Below are positions 19,236 through 29,955 of a stretch of DNA of 64,000 bases, piece by piece (position 1 is the first letter of the stretch; every line of letters begins with the position of its first letter). The position numbers were made by a program, and so were the translations under genes. The notes beneath the pieces were generated by a model. That model saw only the letters and a list, made by a program, of their open reading frames with translations. It made no database searches and was not told the origin of the DNA. This DNA comes from an uncultured Chloroflexia bacterium (lineage in GTDB: Bacteria; Chloroflexota; Limnocylindria; Limnocylindrales; CSP1-4): NCBI GenBank assembly GCA_963768675.1, contig CAVYIV010000003.1:5439-69438 (forward strand), in the 5' to 3' direction.

Positions 19236-22200
19236 GCCGACTCACCGAGCTCGCCGTGAGCAAGCGGAGCGTCGCGCTCCTGCTGGCCGTCGCGCTCTTC
19301 ATCGGCGGGATCTCCGCCTGGGGGAACCTCAAGCAGGAGCTCCTCCCGGACATCGAGCTGCCCATCATCACCGTCGTCGCGTCGGACCCCGGCGCCGGCG
19401 CGTCGGACGTCGCCGACCAGGTCTCTAAGCCGATCGAGCGCGCCATCTCGAGCGTCGCCGGCCTCCAGATGGTCCAGTCGACCTCGGCGAACTCGATCGC
19501 GCTCGTCGTTGCCGAGTTCTCCTACGGGACCGACGTCAAGGGGACCCAGGCGGCGATCGCCCAGAACGTGACGGCGCTGAAGCTGCCCCAAGGAGTCACT
19601 CCGCAGGTCACCGCGCTCGACATCAACGCCTCACCCGTGATCATCGCCTCGATCTCCGGGAGCGGCCCGAACGGCCTGGCGACCGCGGCCCAGGTGGCCG
19701 CCGCCGAAGTCGTGCCCGACCTCCAGGGGCTCGACGGCGTCGCGTCCGTCGACCTCGCCGGCGGCCTTGCGAGCCGGCTGGTCGTGACGCTCGACCCCAC
19801 GAAGATGGCGGCCGCAGGCATCTCGATCGACCAGGTCGAAGGCGTGCTCTCCGCGAACAACCTGACCCTTCCAGCCGGCCAGCTCTCGAATGGAAGCAGC
19901 CAGATCCCGGTGTCCACGTCCGGCTCGCTCACGTCCGTCGACCAGATCAGCGGGCTCGTCGTCGGCCAGCTGCGGGCCAGCCCGGCGGCCGCCGCCGCCG
20001 CGACCTCGCCCGGTGCGGCCGGGGCGCCCGCGGCAGCGCCGTCGTTCGTCGCGCCGACGATGATCCACATCTCCGACATCGGGACGGTCGCCCTCGCCCA
20101 GGTACCGACGACGGGCTATGCCCGCACAAACGGCGAACCCTCGCTGACGATCACGGTGAGCAAGAACGCGAATGCCAATACCGTGGACGTCGCGGACGCG
20201 GTCACGGCAAAGCTGGCCGAGATCGGGGCGAGCCACCCGGACCTCAAGATCCTCACCGTCACCGACCTCTCCAACTTCATCAAGGAGTCGCGGGACGGCC
20301 TGCTCCACGAAGGGGGTCTCGGCGCCCTGTTCGCGGTGATCACGATCTTCCTGTTTCTGTTCAGCCTTCGCTCGACGCTCGTTGCCGCGGTCAGCATCCC
20401 GCTCTCCGTGCTGACTGCGCTCGTGGTGATGCAGGTGACCGGGATCACCCTAAACATCATGACCCTCGGCGGGCTCGCGGTCGCCGTCGGCCGGGTCGTC
20501 GATGACGCGATCGTGGTGCTCGAGAACATCTACCGCCACCGGGCGATGGGCGAGGATCGGATGACCGCCGTCCTCCAGGGCCCGCGGGAGGTGGCCGGAG
20601 CCATCACGAGCTCCACGCTCACGACCGTGGCCGTGTTCCTCCCGATCGGCTTCGTCGGCGGGATCGTGAGCCAGTTCTTCCTGCCCTTCGCCCTCACGGT
20701 CACCTTCGCCCTGCTGGCATCGCTTGTCTGCGCGCTGACGATCGTGCCGATCCTGGCCTACCTGTTCATCGACCGCGTCAGGCTCGCCGTGGACGAGACG
20801 GGCGAGCCGAAAAACTCACTGTGGGTCCGTGCCTACACGCCGACGATCCGCTTCGTGCTCCGCGATCGGCGCACGAAGCTGGGCGTCCTCGCGCTCGCGG
20901 CGATCCTCTTCCTGGGGTCCGTGTCCCTTGCGACGCACCTGCCGACCGAGTTCATCTCGACCGGGTCGGACAAGGTGCTCCAGGTCAGCATCGTGCCGCC
21001 CGCGGGCGCCGCCACCGAAGCGGTCCTCGCGAGGGCGACCCAGGCCGAGACCATCCTGCGGGCCGACCCGAAGGTGCAGCTCGTCCAGACGACCGTTCCC
21101 GGCGAGGGCGACACGGGAACGTCGACGCTCTCGGCGGCGTTCTCGGGTGAGCCTGCCAACAGCGCGACGATGGTCGTGCGCCTGGCAAGCGACGTCAACC
21201 TCGACGCGTACACGACAAAGGTCGCCACCGAGCTCACCCCCCTCAAGGTGGGCGGGTTCGACGTCGCAGTGAACCAGTCCGGCGGCTTCAGCTCGAACAA
21301 CCTCTCGATCATCGTGAGCGCCGCCGACCCGACCGCGGTCACGACTGCCACCGACGCGGTGGTCTCGGCGCTGCAGGCCAGCTCGGACCTGGCCAACGTG
21401 AAGTCCGACCTTGTCAAGGCCACGCCCCAGATCGACATCACTGTCGACCCGAACAAGGCCTTCTCCGCGGGCCTCACCGCGGCGCAGGTCGCGACGCAGG
21501 TGCGCTCGGCCCTCGTCGGCTCGCTCGTCACGCGGGTCCAGCTGGCCGACGGCGGCCCCATCGACCTCTATGTCCAGCTCGACCCCGCGCAGGTCACGTC
21601 CGTCGCCGCCCTCCAAGCGCTGCCGGTCGGGACCGTGACCAAGGTCGCACTCGGGTCTGTGGCCGACGTCTCCCAGGTGGCCACGCAGGGGAGCATCACC
21701 CGGATCAACCAGGCGCCGTCCGCATCGATCACGGCCGACATCACCGGCAAGGACACGGGAGGCGCCTCGCGAGCGGCCCAGAAGGTCGTGGACTCGCTCG
21801 AGGCATCCGGTGCGATCCCGGCCGGCGTCGACGTCACCTTCTCGGGGGTGACCCAGCAACAGGGGCAGGCCTTCGGCGGGCTCTTCAACTCTATGGCGAT
21901 CGCGATGCTGCTGGTCTACGTGATGATGGTCCTGGCCTTCAACAGCCTGATCACCCCGTTCGTGATCATGTTCAGCCTGCCGCTTGCGGCGATCGGCGTG
22001 TTCCCCGCCCTCCTGGTGACGGGCCACGCCATCGGCATCAGCGCCCTCATCGGGATCCTGATGCTGATCGGAATCGTCGTGACCAACGCGATCGTGCTGC
22101 TCGACCTCGTGGAGCGGCTCCGGCGACAGGGGATGCCGACGACCGAAGCGCTGGTCGAGGGCGGCAAGACCCGCGTCCGGCCGATCCTAATGACCGCCAT

Positions 22201-22408
22201 CGCGACGATCCTGGCGCTCATCCCGCTCGCCGCCGGGCTCAACCAGGGCTCGATCATCGCCGCGGAGCTGGGGACGGTCGTCATCGGCGGCCTCTTCTCG
22301 TCCACGTTCCTGACACTGATCGTCGTGCCGGTCGTCTACTCGCTCGTGGACGGCGGGAAGACCAGGCTCGGGCGGCGGCGTGCCCCGGCGGAGTCCGGGC
22401 CCGCCTGA
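19232..22408 (+). CDS. RND efflux permease (AcrB/SwrC-like)
   Basis: ELLPDIELP, GRVVDDAIVVLENI, GIVVTNAIVL, RVRPILMT; 1058 aa. Confidence 0.95.
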   Translation: MSRLTELAVSKRSVALLLAVALFIGGISAWGNLKQELLPDIELPIITVVASDPGAGASDVADQVSKPIERAISSVAGLQMVQSTSANSIALVVAEFSYGTDVKGTQAAIAQNVTALKLPQGVTPQVTALDINASPVIIASISGSGPNGLATAAQVAAAEVVPDLQGLDGVASVDLAGGLASRLVVTLDPTKMAAAGISIDQVEGVLSANNLTLPAGQLSNGSSQIPVSTSGSLTSVDQISGLVVGQLRASPAAAAAATSPGAAGAPAAAPSFVAPTMIHISDIGTVALAQVPTTGYARTNGEPSLTITVSKNANANTVDVADAVTAKLAEIGASHPDLKILTVTDLSNFIKESRDGLLHEGGLGALFAVITIFLFLFSLRSTLVAAVSIPLSVLTALVVMQVTGITLNIMTLGGLAVAVGRVVDDAIVVLENIYRHRAMGEDRMTAVLQGPREVAGAITSSTLTTVAVFLPIGFVGGIVSQFFLPFALTVTFALLASLVCALTIVPILAYLFIDRVRLAVDETGEPKNSLWVRAYTPTIRFVLRDRRTKLGVLALAAILFLGSVSLATHLPTEFISTGSDKVLQVSIVPPAGAATEAVLARATQAETILRADPKVQLVQTTVPGEGDTGTSTLSAAFSGEPANSATMVVRLASDVNLDAYTTKVATELTPLKVGGFDVAVNQSGGFSSNNLSIIVSAADPTAVTTATDAVVSALQASSDLANVKSDLVKATPQIDITVDPNKAFSAGLTAAQVATQVRSALVGSLVTRVQLADGGPIDLYVQLDPAQVTSVAALQALPVGTVTKVALGSVADVSQVATQGSITRINQAPSASITADITGKDTGGASRAAQKVVDSLEASGAIPAGVDVTFSGVTQQQGQAFGGLFNSMAIAMLLVYVMMVLAFNSLITPFVIMFSLPLAAIGVFPALLVTGHAIGISALIGILMLIGIVVTNAIVLLDLVERLRRQGMPTTEALVEGGKTRVRPILMTAIATILALIPLAAGLNQGSIIAAELGTVVIGGLFSSTFLTLIVVPVVYSLVDGGKTRLGRRRAPAESGPA

Positions 22409-22482
22409 CCCGCCTGTCGAGAGCCCGGGCCGCGCGGCCCGGGCCCGGCAGCCGCGGCTCGCGGCGGAGCCGCGCTGGCTGT

Positions 22483-22524
22483 TTGACGGCGGAACGCGGA
22501 TATCCGACAATGCAGGTCGGAATT
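22483..22524 (+). promoter_or_regulatory. Sigma70-type promoter of sufB overlapped by an Rrf2/IscR-type operator
   Basis: TTGACG (22483) - 17 nt - GACAAT (22506); 25-bp ATATCCGAC-N7-GTCGGAATT at 22500-22524. Confidence 0.65.
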
Positions 22525-22640
22525 CGGCAGCGACGGATCGCGGCCCCCTCGCGATCCGGCGCGTCCCCGCTGCCGAACTCCCGAGCCTCCGCACCCGGGC
22601 ATCCGCCGGAGGATCGACACCCTGAGCCCGAGGAGTCAGC

Positions 22641-24050
22641 ATGACCGTCGCGCGCGGGGAGATCGTCTCCCAGGACTACAAGTACGGCTTCCACGACGAC
22701 GTCGCGTACCTGGCGGAGACGAAGGTCGGCCTGACCCGGCGCACGGTCGAGGAGATCAGCGCGTTCAAGGGCGAGCCGGCCTGGATGCTCGAGTTCCGGC
22801 TGCGCTCCTACGACCACTTCATGGCCCGCGCGATGCCCACCTGGGTCCCGGAGAGCGTCCAGCACATCGACTTCAGCAAGATCGTCTACTACCGCAAGCC
22901 GTCCGAGCGGCGAGGAGAAGTCCTGGGACGACGTCCCGGACAAGATCAAGCAGACGTTCGAGAAGCTGGGCATCCCCGAGGCCGAGCGCAAGTTCCTCGC
23001 CGGGGTCGGCGCCCAGTACGACTCCGAGGTCGTCTACCACTCGGTGCGCGAGGAGCTCAGCAAGATCGGCGTGGTCTTCATGGGCATGGACCAGGGCCTG
23101 CGCGAGTACCCCGAGATCGTCAAGAAGTACTTCGGCACCGTCGTCCCGCCGGAGGACAACAAGTTCGCGGCGCTCAACAGCGCGGTCTGGTCCGGCGGCA
23201 GCTTCGTCTACATCCCGAAGGGCGTCGAGGTCCCGCTGCCGCTCCAGGCCTACTTCCGGATCAACGGCGAGAACACGGGCCAGTTCGAGCGGACGCTGAT
23301 CATCGCCGACGAGGGGTCCAAGGTCCACTACATCGAGGGCTGCACCGCCCCGATCTACACGACCGACGCGCTCCACGCCGCCGTCGTCGAGGTGATCGCC
23401 CTGCCCGGCTCGCAGATCCGCTACACGACGATCCAGAACTGGAGCCGCGACGTCTACAACCTCGTGACGAAGCGGGCGCACGCCCACGCCCACTCCACGG
23501 TCGAGTGGGTCGACGCGAATACCGGCTCCCGCGCGCACGGTCAAGTACCCGGCGATCTACCTGCGCGGCGAGGGTGCGACTGCGGAGGTGATCAGCGTCG
23601 CCTTCGCCGGGCACGGCCAGCACCAGGACACCGGGGCGAAGGCGGTCCACCTGGCCCCGAACACGCGCAGCCGGATCGTTTGCAAGTCCGTCAGCAAGGA
23701 CGGCGGGCGCTCCACCTACCGCGGGACGCTCAAGGTCGCACCGGGCGCGACGGGCGTCGTGGCGAGCGTCCGCTGCGATGCGCTGCTCCTCGACGAGCGA
23801 GCCGCTCGGACACCTACCCGTACATCGACATCCAGGAAGACGACACGACGATGACCCACGAGGCCACCGTCGGCAAGATCAGCGACGGACCAGATCTTCT
23901 ACCTGATGAGCCGCGGGCCTGACCGAGAACGAGGCGACGAACCTGGTCGTCCAGGGGTTCCTCGAGGTCTTCACGAAGGAGCTCCCGATGGAGTACGCGA
24001 TCGAGTTCAACCGCCTCGTGAAGATGGAGATGGAGGGCTCGCTCGGATGA
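22641..24050 (+). CDS. sufB: Fe-S cluster assembly protein SufB (several frameshifts)
   Basis: [58 protein letters not shown]. Confidence 0.95.
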
Positions 24051-25546
24051 CGGTTCCCGCCGAGGCGGCACGGAGGCGTCGACTCCCGCTGCGGCGGCAG
24101 CTCCCCCGCGCACGCGGCCAGGCACCCGCGGGGGCGCCGGACCCGCAGCCGACGGCCCGCCCGACGCGGGCCCGGCGGGCGCCGGCGGAGCTGCCCTTCA
24201 CGTTCGCCGACGCGGCCCTTGCGGCCGCCCTGGGCGAGGCGCGCGGCGAGCCCGGCTGGCTGCGCGAGGATCGCGCCGCCGCCGCCGCCGACTTCGCGAG
24301 GCTGCCCCTGGAGTCGAACGAGCTCTACACCTCGTACGTGGACTTCCGGGCCGCCGACCTCGTCCGGCGTCCGGCCGTTCCTCCGCGGGCGCCGACGAGC
24401 CGGCCGCCGGGGCCGAGGCCTCCGTGCCCGAGGGGGCGGCGGGCGATCATCGAGCTGCGCGACGACGTCGTCGCGCAGCTCGCGCTGACAGCCGGACCTC
24501 GTCGCGCGCGGGGTGGTCCTCGAGACGCTCGGCGCCGCCGTTGCGCGCGACGCGGCCGGGATCCGCGAAGCGCTCCTCGCGACACCCCTTCCCGGCGACG
24601 AGAAGCTCGCGGCCCTCTCGCGTGGCTTCTGGAGCCAGGGCATCCACCTCCACGTCCCGGACGGCGTCCAGGTGGAACGGCCGATCCTCCTGCGCTGGGC
24701 TGGCGGCACGCCGGAGCGCGCCCTCCTCGGCCGGACCATCATCCGGCTCGGGATCGACGCGTCGGCCTCGGTCATCGAGGACCTGGTGGCGCCGGGCCCC
24801 GCCACTGCGTGCGCCGCAGGCGAGAGCCGTCCGGCAGGGCCTCGTCGGCGCCACGAGCGAGATCCAGCTCGGCGCGGGCGCCTCGCTCTCGTTCGCCTCC
24901 ATCCAGGACCTGCCGCTCGCCACGACGCTCCTCGCACCAGCGCGCCGCGACGCCTGGGTCGCGGCGCGACGCTCAAGCTCGCCCTCGCCCAGCTCGGCGC
25001 GCGGATCGTGCGGTCGCGCATCGACAACCGGCTCGGCGGCCGCGGGAGCTGCCGTCGAGCAGGTCGAGATCGTCTTCGGGGGGACGGACCAGCTCTTCGA
25101 CCTCACCTCGTACACCCGCCACGTCGGCGAGGACACGACCGGGAACCTGCTCAGCAAGGCCGTGCTCCAGCAGGGCAGCCGTGCCTACATCAAGGGCCTC
25201 ATCAGGATCGAGCAGACCGCCCGCGGCACCGACAGCTTCCTCGGCGAGTTCGGGATGATCCTGGACCGACAAGAGCCGCTCGGTGACGATCCCGTCGCTG
25301 GAGATCGACCAGCCCGACTGCAAGCGGGCGGCACACGCCAGCAGCGTCGGCCCGATCGACCCGGCCCAGCTGTTCTACCTCGAGAGCCGGGGGATCACCC
25401 CGGACGAGGCCCGCAAGTTCATCACGCTCGGCTTCCTCGAGCCCGTGGTGGCGCGCGTCCCCTTGGAAGCCGAGCGAGAGCGTCTCTGGGCGCTCCTCGA
25501 GGCGAAGTGGGCGGAGCGTCGGGCGGGCGCGGAGCCCGCGGCGTGA
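24047..25546 (+). CDS. sufD: SufD family Fe-S cluster assembly protein (several frameshifts)
   Basis: ATGA overlap with sufB; IPSLEID...[21 protein letters not shown]....A...I..GFLEP. Confidence 0.88.
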
Positions 25547-25579
25547 AGGCCCGGCCCGGCAGGCCGGCCGCCCGGCACG

Positions 25580-25906
25580 GTGGGCGTCGTGACGCGGCAG
25601 GTCGACGTCGGGTCGGCGGCGGCGGTCGCCCCCGGGACGATGCTGATGACGTGGGTCGACGCCACGGAGCCCGTCCTCGTCGTCAACCTCGAGGGTGTCT
25701 TCCACGCGGTGCAGGGGATCTGCAGCCACGAGTACTTCGAGCTGGACCGGGGCTTCCTCACCGACGGCTCGCTGACGTGCGCGCTCCACCTCTCGCGGTT
25801 CGACCTGGCTTCGGGCGAGGCTTTGGACCCGCCCGCCGAGGAGCCGCTGGCGGTCTACCCGGTCGGGGTCGTCGACGGCCGGCTGGTCGTGCAGTTCCCG
25901 GAGTAG
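25580..25906 (+). CDS. Rieske [2Fe-2S] ferredoxin
   Basis: CSH...CALH motif, suf context. Confidence 0.92.
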   Translation: MGVVTRQVDVGSAAAVAPGTMLMTWVDATEPVLVVNLEGVFHAVQGICSHEYFELDRGFLTDGSLTCALHLSRFDLASGEALDPPAEEPLAVYPVGVVDGRLVVQFPE

Positions 25907-25952
25907 CGCGTTCGGGCCCCGGCGGGGAGCCGCGTGCCGGCGGGCGCGATGG

Positions 25953-26948
25953 CTACCGCGGCAGGACCGTCCCGAGCCCGCGCGGCTCCGCGGCGCGGAG
26001 GATCGCGTCGGCGAACACGAGGTCGGCAAGCCCCACGCCGAGGTGGGTGACGAGCACGCGGCCGCGGGTCGGGCGCGGCGTACCGGCCAGGATCGCCTCG
26101 CCGAGCGTCGCGTGCGGGTCCGGGTAGCGCTCGAAGAACCCCGCGTCGCGGTTGGCGAACAGTTGGCCGCGGTCGTCGGTGAGGAACAGCGCCGCGTCGG
26201 CCGCGACCGAGGCCGCGATCGACATCGCGTAGTCCACGGCGACGACAAGGGCGGCCGGCGCGAACCAGCCCGTGTCCATGACCTGGCCCCCGGGCCCGAA
26301 CGACACGCAGGTGACCACGACGTCCGCGGCCTCGACGGACGGGCGCGGGTCCGCGACCGCCCGGGCGGTGCCGATGCCCGGGACGCTCGATGCAGCCACC
26401 GCCAGCGCCTCGCCGCGCTCCGGCTGCCGGTCGTGCACCGCGAGCTCGACGCCGGGGAGGAGATGTCCGATTACCGGGACGTGGGCCTGCCCCTGCACGC
26501 CCGCGCCGATCACGACGGCGCGCGGGGCCCGGCCGGCGACTGGCGGAGACCAGCGCCCGATCGCGACGCCGGAAACCGCCGCCGTGCGGCTCGCGGTGAT
26601 CGGGCCGCCGTCCATCACCGCGATCGGGACGCCCGTCCGCGGGTCGTTGACCACGACAAGGCCGTGGAGCGCTGGCAGGCCGGCCCCCACGTTGGCGGGG
26701 AAACCGGCGATCCACTTCATGCCCACGAGGTCCGCCGACCCATCCGGGGCCTGGCCGCGCAGGTGCGCGGGCATCGCGTGCACGAAGCTGTCCGCGGGCC
26801 GTGGGTGCACGCCGATCTTCGCGGGCAACTCGGCGCCGCTCGCCAGCCCGACGAGCGTCCGCTCGGCCAGCCGGAGTCGCTCGTCGAGCGACGGCATGCA
26901 CGCGGCGACGTCCGCTGCGGCCAGGTATCGGAGTGGCGGCGCGGTCAC
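25953..26948 (-). CDS. Ornithine cyclodeaminase/mu-crystallin family protein
   Basis: HAMPA, GMKW, TASRTAAVS, IGAGVQG, GVGLADL. Confidence 0.88.
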   Translation of the reverse strand: MTAPPLRYLAAADVAACMPSLDERLRLAERTLVGLASGAELPAKIGVHPRPADSFVHAMPAHLRGQAPDGSADLVGMKWIAGFPANVGAGLPALHGLVVVNDPRTGVPIAVMDGGPITASRTAAVSGVAIGRWSPPVAGRAPRAVVIGAGVQGQAHVPVIGHLLPGVELAVHDRQPERGEALAVAASSVPGIGTARAVADPRPSVEAADVVVTCVSFGPGGQVMDTGWFAPAALVVAVDYAMSIAASVAADAALFLTDDRGQLFANRDAGFFERYPDPHATLGEAILAGTPRPTRGRVLVTHLGVGLADLVFADAILRAAEPRGLGTVLPR

Positions 26949-27086
26949 GGCCCGACGGTCCCCTCTGGCTCCCGTGCCTCGGCTCGTCCCGGCGGGCGGC
27001 CGGGCGGCCGACGCTGAGCAGGCGGTCGCGGCGACGATAGCATGGCAACCGTCCGCACCCGCGGCGAAGGGCACGGAGCGTAGCTG

Positions 27087-27491
27087 ATGGACGCGATGGG
27101 GGAGTCCGAGCTGTCAGGCCGCCTGCGTGCCGAGGGCCTTGTCACGGGAGCGTGGAGCAACGCTCCGGGCGACGTGTATGCCGTCCATCGGCATGCCTAC
27201 GACAAGGTCGTCGTGTGCGCCCGGGGCTCGATCACGTTCGGCCTTCCGGGACGTGGAAAGACGCTCCTGCTTGGCGCGGGCGACCGGCTCGAGTTGCCGG
27301 CCGGCATCGACCACGCAGCCACGGTCGGCCCATCCGGCGTGACCTGCCTGGAGGCGCACCTGCCGGCAGGTCGGCTCAACCGGGAGCCGGTAGTCCGGCC
27401 AGCGGGGTCGTGGCAGGGCAGAACGAACGCCGAGGGGGCCGGCCCGCCGGGCCGGCCCCCTCGTGCTGGCGAGGATCAGAACACGCGGTAA
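27087..27491 (+). CDS. Cupin domain protein (3' end uncertain)
   Basis: H.H.YDK...GDRLELPAG..H. Confidence 0.8.
   Translation: MDAMGESELSGRLRAEGLVTGAWSNAPGDVYAVHRHAYDKVVVCARGSITFGLPGRGKTLLLGAGDRLELPAGIDHAATVGPSGVTCLEAHLPAGRLNREPVVRPAGSWQGRTNAEGAGPPGRPPRAGEDQNTR
27432..27462. terminator. GC-rich hairpin between convergent cupin and dhaK
   Basis: Perfect 14-bp stem GAGGGGGCCGGCCC-GCC-GGGCCGGCCCCCTC. Confidence 0.65.
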
Positions 27492-28471
27492 GCAACCTCC
27501 GCCGGGGCGAGGAGCATCTCCTTGATCTCGTCGTCCACCTTGAGCAGCGAGATGTGGGCGCCGGCCATCTCGAGCGACGTGCAGTACTCGCCGACGTAGC
27601 TGCGGAAGACCTTGATGCCCTTCGCGGCGAGCTTCTTGTGGGCGATGCCGTAGAGGAGGTAGAGCTCGCTGATCGGTGTCCCGCCCAGGCCGTTCACCAT
27701 CAGCGCGACCTCGTCGCCGGCCTTGAACGGCAGGTCGGGGACGATTGCATTGAGGAGGAGGTCCACGATCTCGTTCGCCGGGACGAGCTTCGTCCGCTGG
27801 CGGCCTGGCTCGCCGTGGATCCCGATGCCGACCTCCATCTCGTCTTCGGCAATCTCGAAGAGCGGCGTGCCGCGGACCGGCGGCGTGCACGAGCTGAGCG
27901 CGATGCCCATCGTCCTCACGTTGGCGATGACCTTCTCGCCGACCCGGACGCATTCCTCGAGGGAGCCGCCCTGGTCGGCCTTGGCCGCCGCCGCCTTGAT
28001 CACGAAGAAGTTGCCCGCCACACCGCGCCGGCCGACCGTCCAGGTCGAGTCCTTGACCGCGACATCGTCGTTGACGAGGAGATAGCCGAGCTTCTGGCCT
28101 TCGGCCTCGCAGAGCTCCTTGGCCATTTCCCAGGCGGCGCGGTCGCCGGTGTAGTTGTTGACGATGTAGAGGACGCCGGCCGGCGTGTCCATCAACTTCG
28201 AGGTCTCGGTGACGAACTCGACTGGCGGGCCCGCGAACACGTCGCCCGGGCAGGCGGCATCGAGCATGCCGGGCCCGACGATCATCGTGTGGGCAGGCTC
28301 GTGACCGGAGCCCGAGCCCTGGATGATCGAGACGCGGTCCTTCTTGGGCATGTCCGCCCGGTAGATCAGGTTGTACTTCGGCTCGTACTTGAGCGCGCCA
28401 CCGCTCGCCAGCTGGATCCCCTCGAGGAACTCGGGGACGAACTGTTTCGGATCGTTGACGAACTTCTTCAC
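27476..28471 (-). CDS. dhaK: Dihydroxyacetone kinase subunit DhaK
   Basis: GSGHEPAH, NYTGD, RRGVAG, GIHGEPG. Confidence 0.95.
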   Translation of the reverse strand: MKKFVNDPKQFVPEFLEGIQLASGGALKYEPKYNLIYRADMPKKDRVSIIQGSGSGHEPAHTMIVGPGMLDAACPGDVFAGPPVEFVTETSKLMDTPAGVLYIVNNYTGDRAAWEMAKELCEAEGQKLGYLLVNDDVAVKDSTWTVGRRGVAGNFFVIKAAAAKADQGGSLEECVRVGEKVIANVRTMGIALSSCTPPVRGTPLFEIAEDEMEVGIGIHGEPGRQRTKLVPANEIVDLLLNAIVPDLPFKAGDEVALMVNGLGGTPISELYLLYGIAHKKLAAKGIKVFRSYVGEYCTSLEMAGAHISLLKVDDEIKEMLLAPAEVAYRVF

Positions 28472-28481
28472 GCGAACTTCC

Positions 28482-29141
28482 TCACCTTCCGTGCTTCTCG
28501 CGCCACGTGGCGCTGATCGCCTGGAGGATCACGCCGACCGCCGTCGCGCCGGCGTCCACGGAGCCGATGCTCCGTTCGCCCGTGTACGCGGCCCGGCCGC
28601 GCATCGCGAGCATGCCCTTGGTGTCCTCGGCCGCCTTGACTGCCACGTCGGCGGCGCGCTGGATGGCGGCGACCCCATGGTCGCCCTGGAATGCCGGGTC
28701 ACCGATCGCCGACTCGAGGCTGTCCGTCGCCGGGACGAGGGCGTCGAGGAGGGTCTTCTCCCCGAGCGCCGCGCCGCCGCGGGCCATGATCCCGGTGATC
28801 GCGGCGCGCAGCATCGCGATGACGTCCTCTGGTGTGAGCTCGGTGCGGTCACCCGCCGCCACGCCCGCCCGGAGGAACGCCGTGCCCCAGATCGGTCCGC
28901 TCACGCCGCCGACCTTGGCGGTCAGCGTCAGGCCGACCTTCTTGAGGATGGCACCGGCGCTCGAGTGGTCGAACGTTCCATAGTCGCTCAGGACGACCTC
29001 CCAGCCGTTCCGGAGCGAGAACCCGAAGTCGCCGTCCCCCACGATCGAGTCGAGCTGAGCGAAGTAGTCCGCGTTGTCGACGATCGTCGAGGCCATCGTC
29101 ATGAGAACGAGGTCAAGGTCGTCGAGCGACGCCTGTGCCAT
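28482..29141 (-). CDS. dhaL: Dihydroxyacetone kinase subunit DhaL
   Basis: LDS.VGDGDFG, GG.SGP..G, KTLLDAL, GRAAY.GERS.G..D.GA. Confidence 0.93.
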   Translation of the reverse strand: MAQASLDDLDLVLMTMASTIVDNADYFAQLDSIVGDGDFGFSLRNGWEVVLSDYGTFDHSSAGAILKKVGLTLTAKVGGVSGPIWGTAFLRAGVAAGDRTELTPEDVIAMLRAAITGIMARGGAALGEKTLLDALVPATDSLESAIGDPAFQGDHGVAAIQRAADVAVKAAEDTKGMLAMRGRAAYTGERSIGSVDAGATAVGVILQAISATWREKHGR

Positions 29142-29181
29142 GCGAGCCTCCTTCAGGATTGGGTGCCGGCCGCCCGGGCGG

Positions 29182-29955
29182 TCACGAGGCCAGGCAGGCC
29201 TCCAGGTCGGCGAGCGTCAGGAACTGCCCGGGTCGGGCGGCCGAACGATTGGCGATGACGGTCGCTGGTTCCCCGTCCGGATCGCCGAGAGATGACACGA
29301 CGAGGATCGCTTCGCTGAAGTCCTCCTTCTCGGTGTAGCCGTTGACCGTGACGAGACAGCGCAGGCCTGCGGCGTGCGCCGCCTCCAGGCCGTTCTGCGA
29401 ATCCTCGACCACGAGCACCTCGGCGGGATCGACGCCGAGCTTCTCGAGGGCGAGTAGGTAGATGTCGGGAGCCGGCTTCTTGCGAGGAACGCAGTCCCCG
29501 GCGAGGAAGACGTCGAAACGGGCGGCCCGCTCGGGGCCGACCGCGTAGTCGAGGATGGCGTGGACGGATGCCTCGGCCGAGGTCGAGGCGACGCCGAGCT
29601 TCCAGCCGGCATCCTGGGCCGCCGTGATGATCCGGCGGATGCCCGGCCGGGGCGGGAGCTTGCCCCCGGCGACCATCTCCGTGTAGATCGCCGTCTTGCG
29701 CTTGTGCCACTTGGCGATCTCGGCGGCCTGGGCGTCGGGGTCGGTGGGCAGGCCGGCGGCCGCCACGAACTCCGGGGTCAGGAGGCTTGCCATGCGCTCC
29801 TTGCCGCCCCCGATCTTCAGGCGCCGGCCGTACTCCTCGACCGACCACTCGACGGGCAGGTTGAACTCGCGGAAGGTCTGGTTGAAGGCCGGCAGGTGGC
29901 CGTAGCGCTCGGTGTCGGCGAGGACGCCGTCGCAGTCGAAGACGAGCGCGCTCAC
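29182..29955 (-). CDS. HAD-IA hydrolase, CbbY-like sugar bisphosphatase
   Basis: FDCDGVLADTE..GH..AFN, GGGKERM, KKPAPDIY, VEDS.NG. Confidence 0.9.
   Translation of the reverse strand: MSALVFDCDGVLADTERYGHLPAFNQTFREFNLPVEWSVEEYGRRLKIGGGKERMASLLTPEFVAAAGLPTDPDAQAAEIAKWHKRKTAIYTEMVAGGKLPPRPGIRRIITAAQDAGWKLGVASTSAEASVHAILDYAVGPERAARFDVFLAGDCVPRKKPAPDIYLLALEKLGVDPAEVLVVEDSQNGLEAAHAAGLRCLVTVNGYTEKEDFSEAILVVSSLGDPDGEPATVIANRSAARPGQFLTLADLEACLAS

Noticed and set aside
22641-25546. sufB/sufD as pseudogenes or programmed frameshifts
   Set aside because: Motifs are intact, no slippery sites are evident, and the same indel pattern occurs throughout the window
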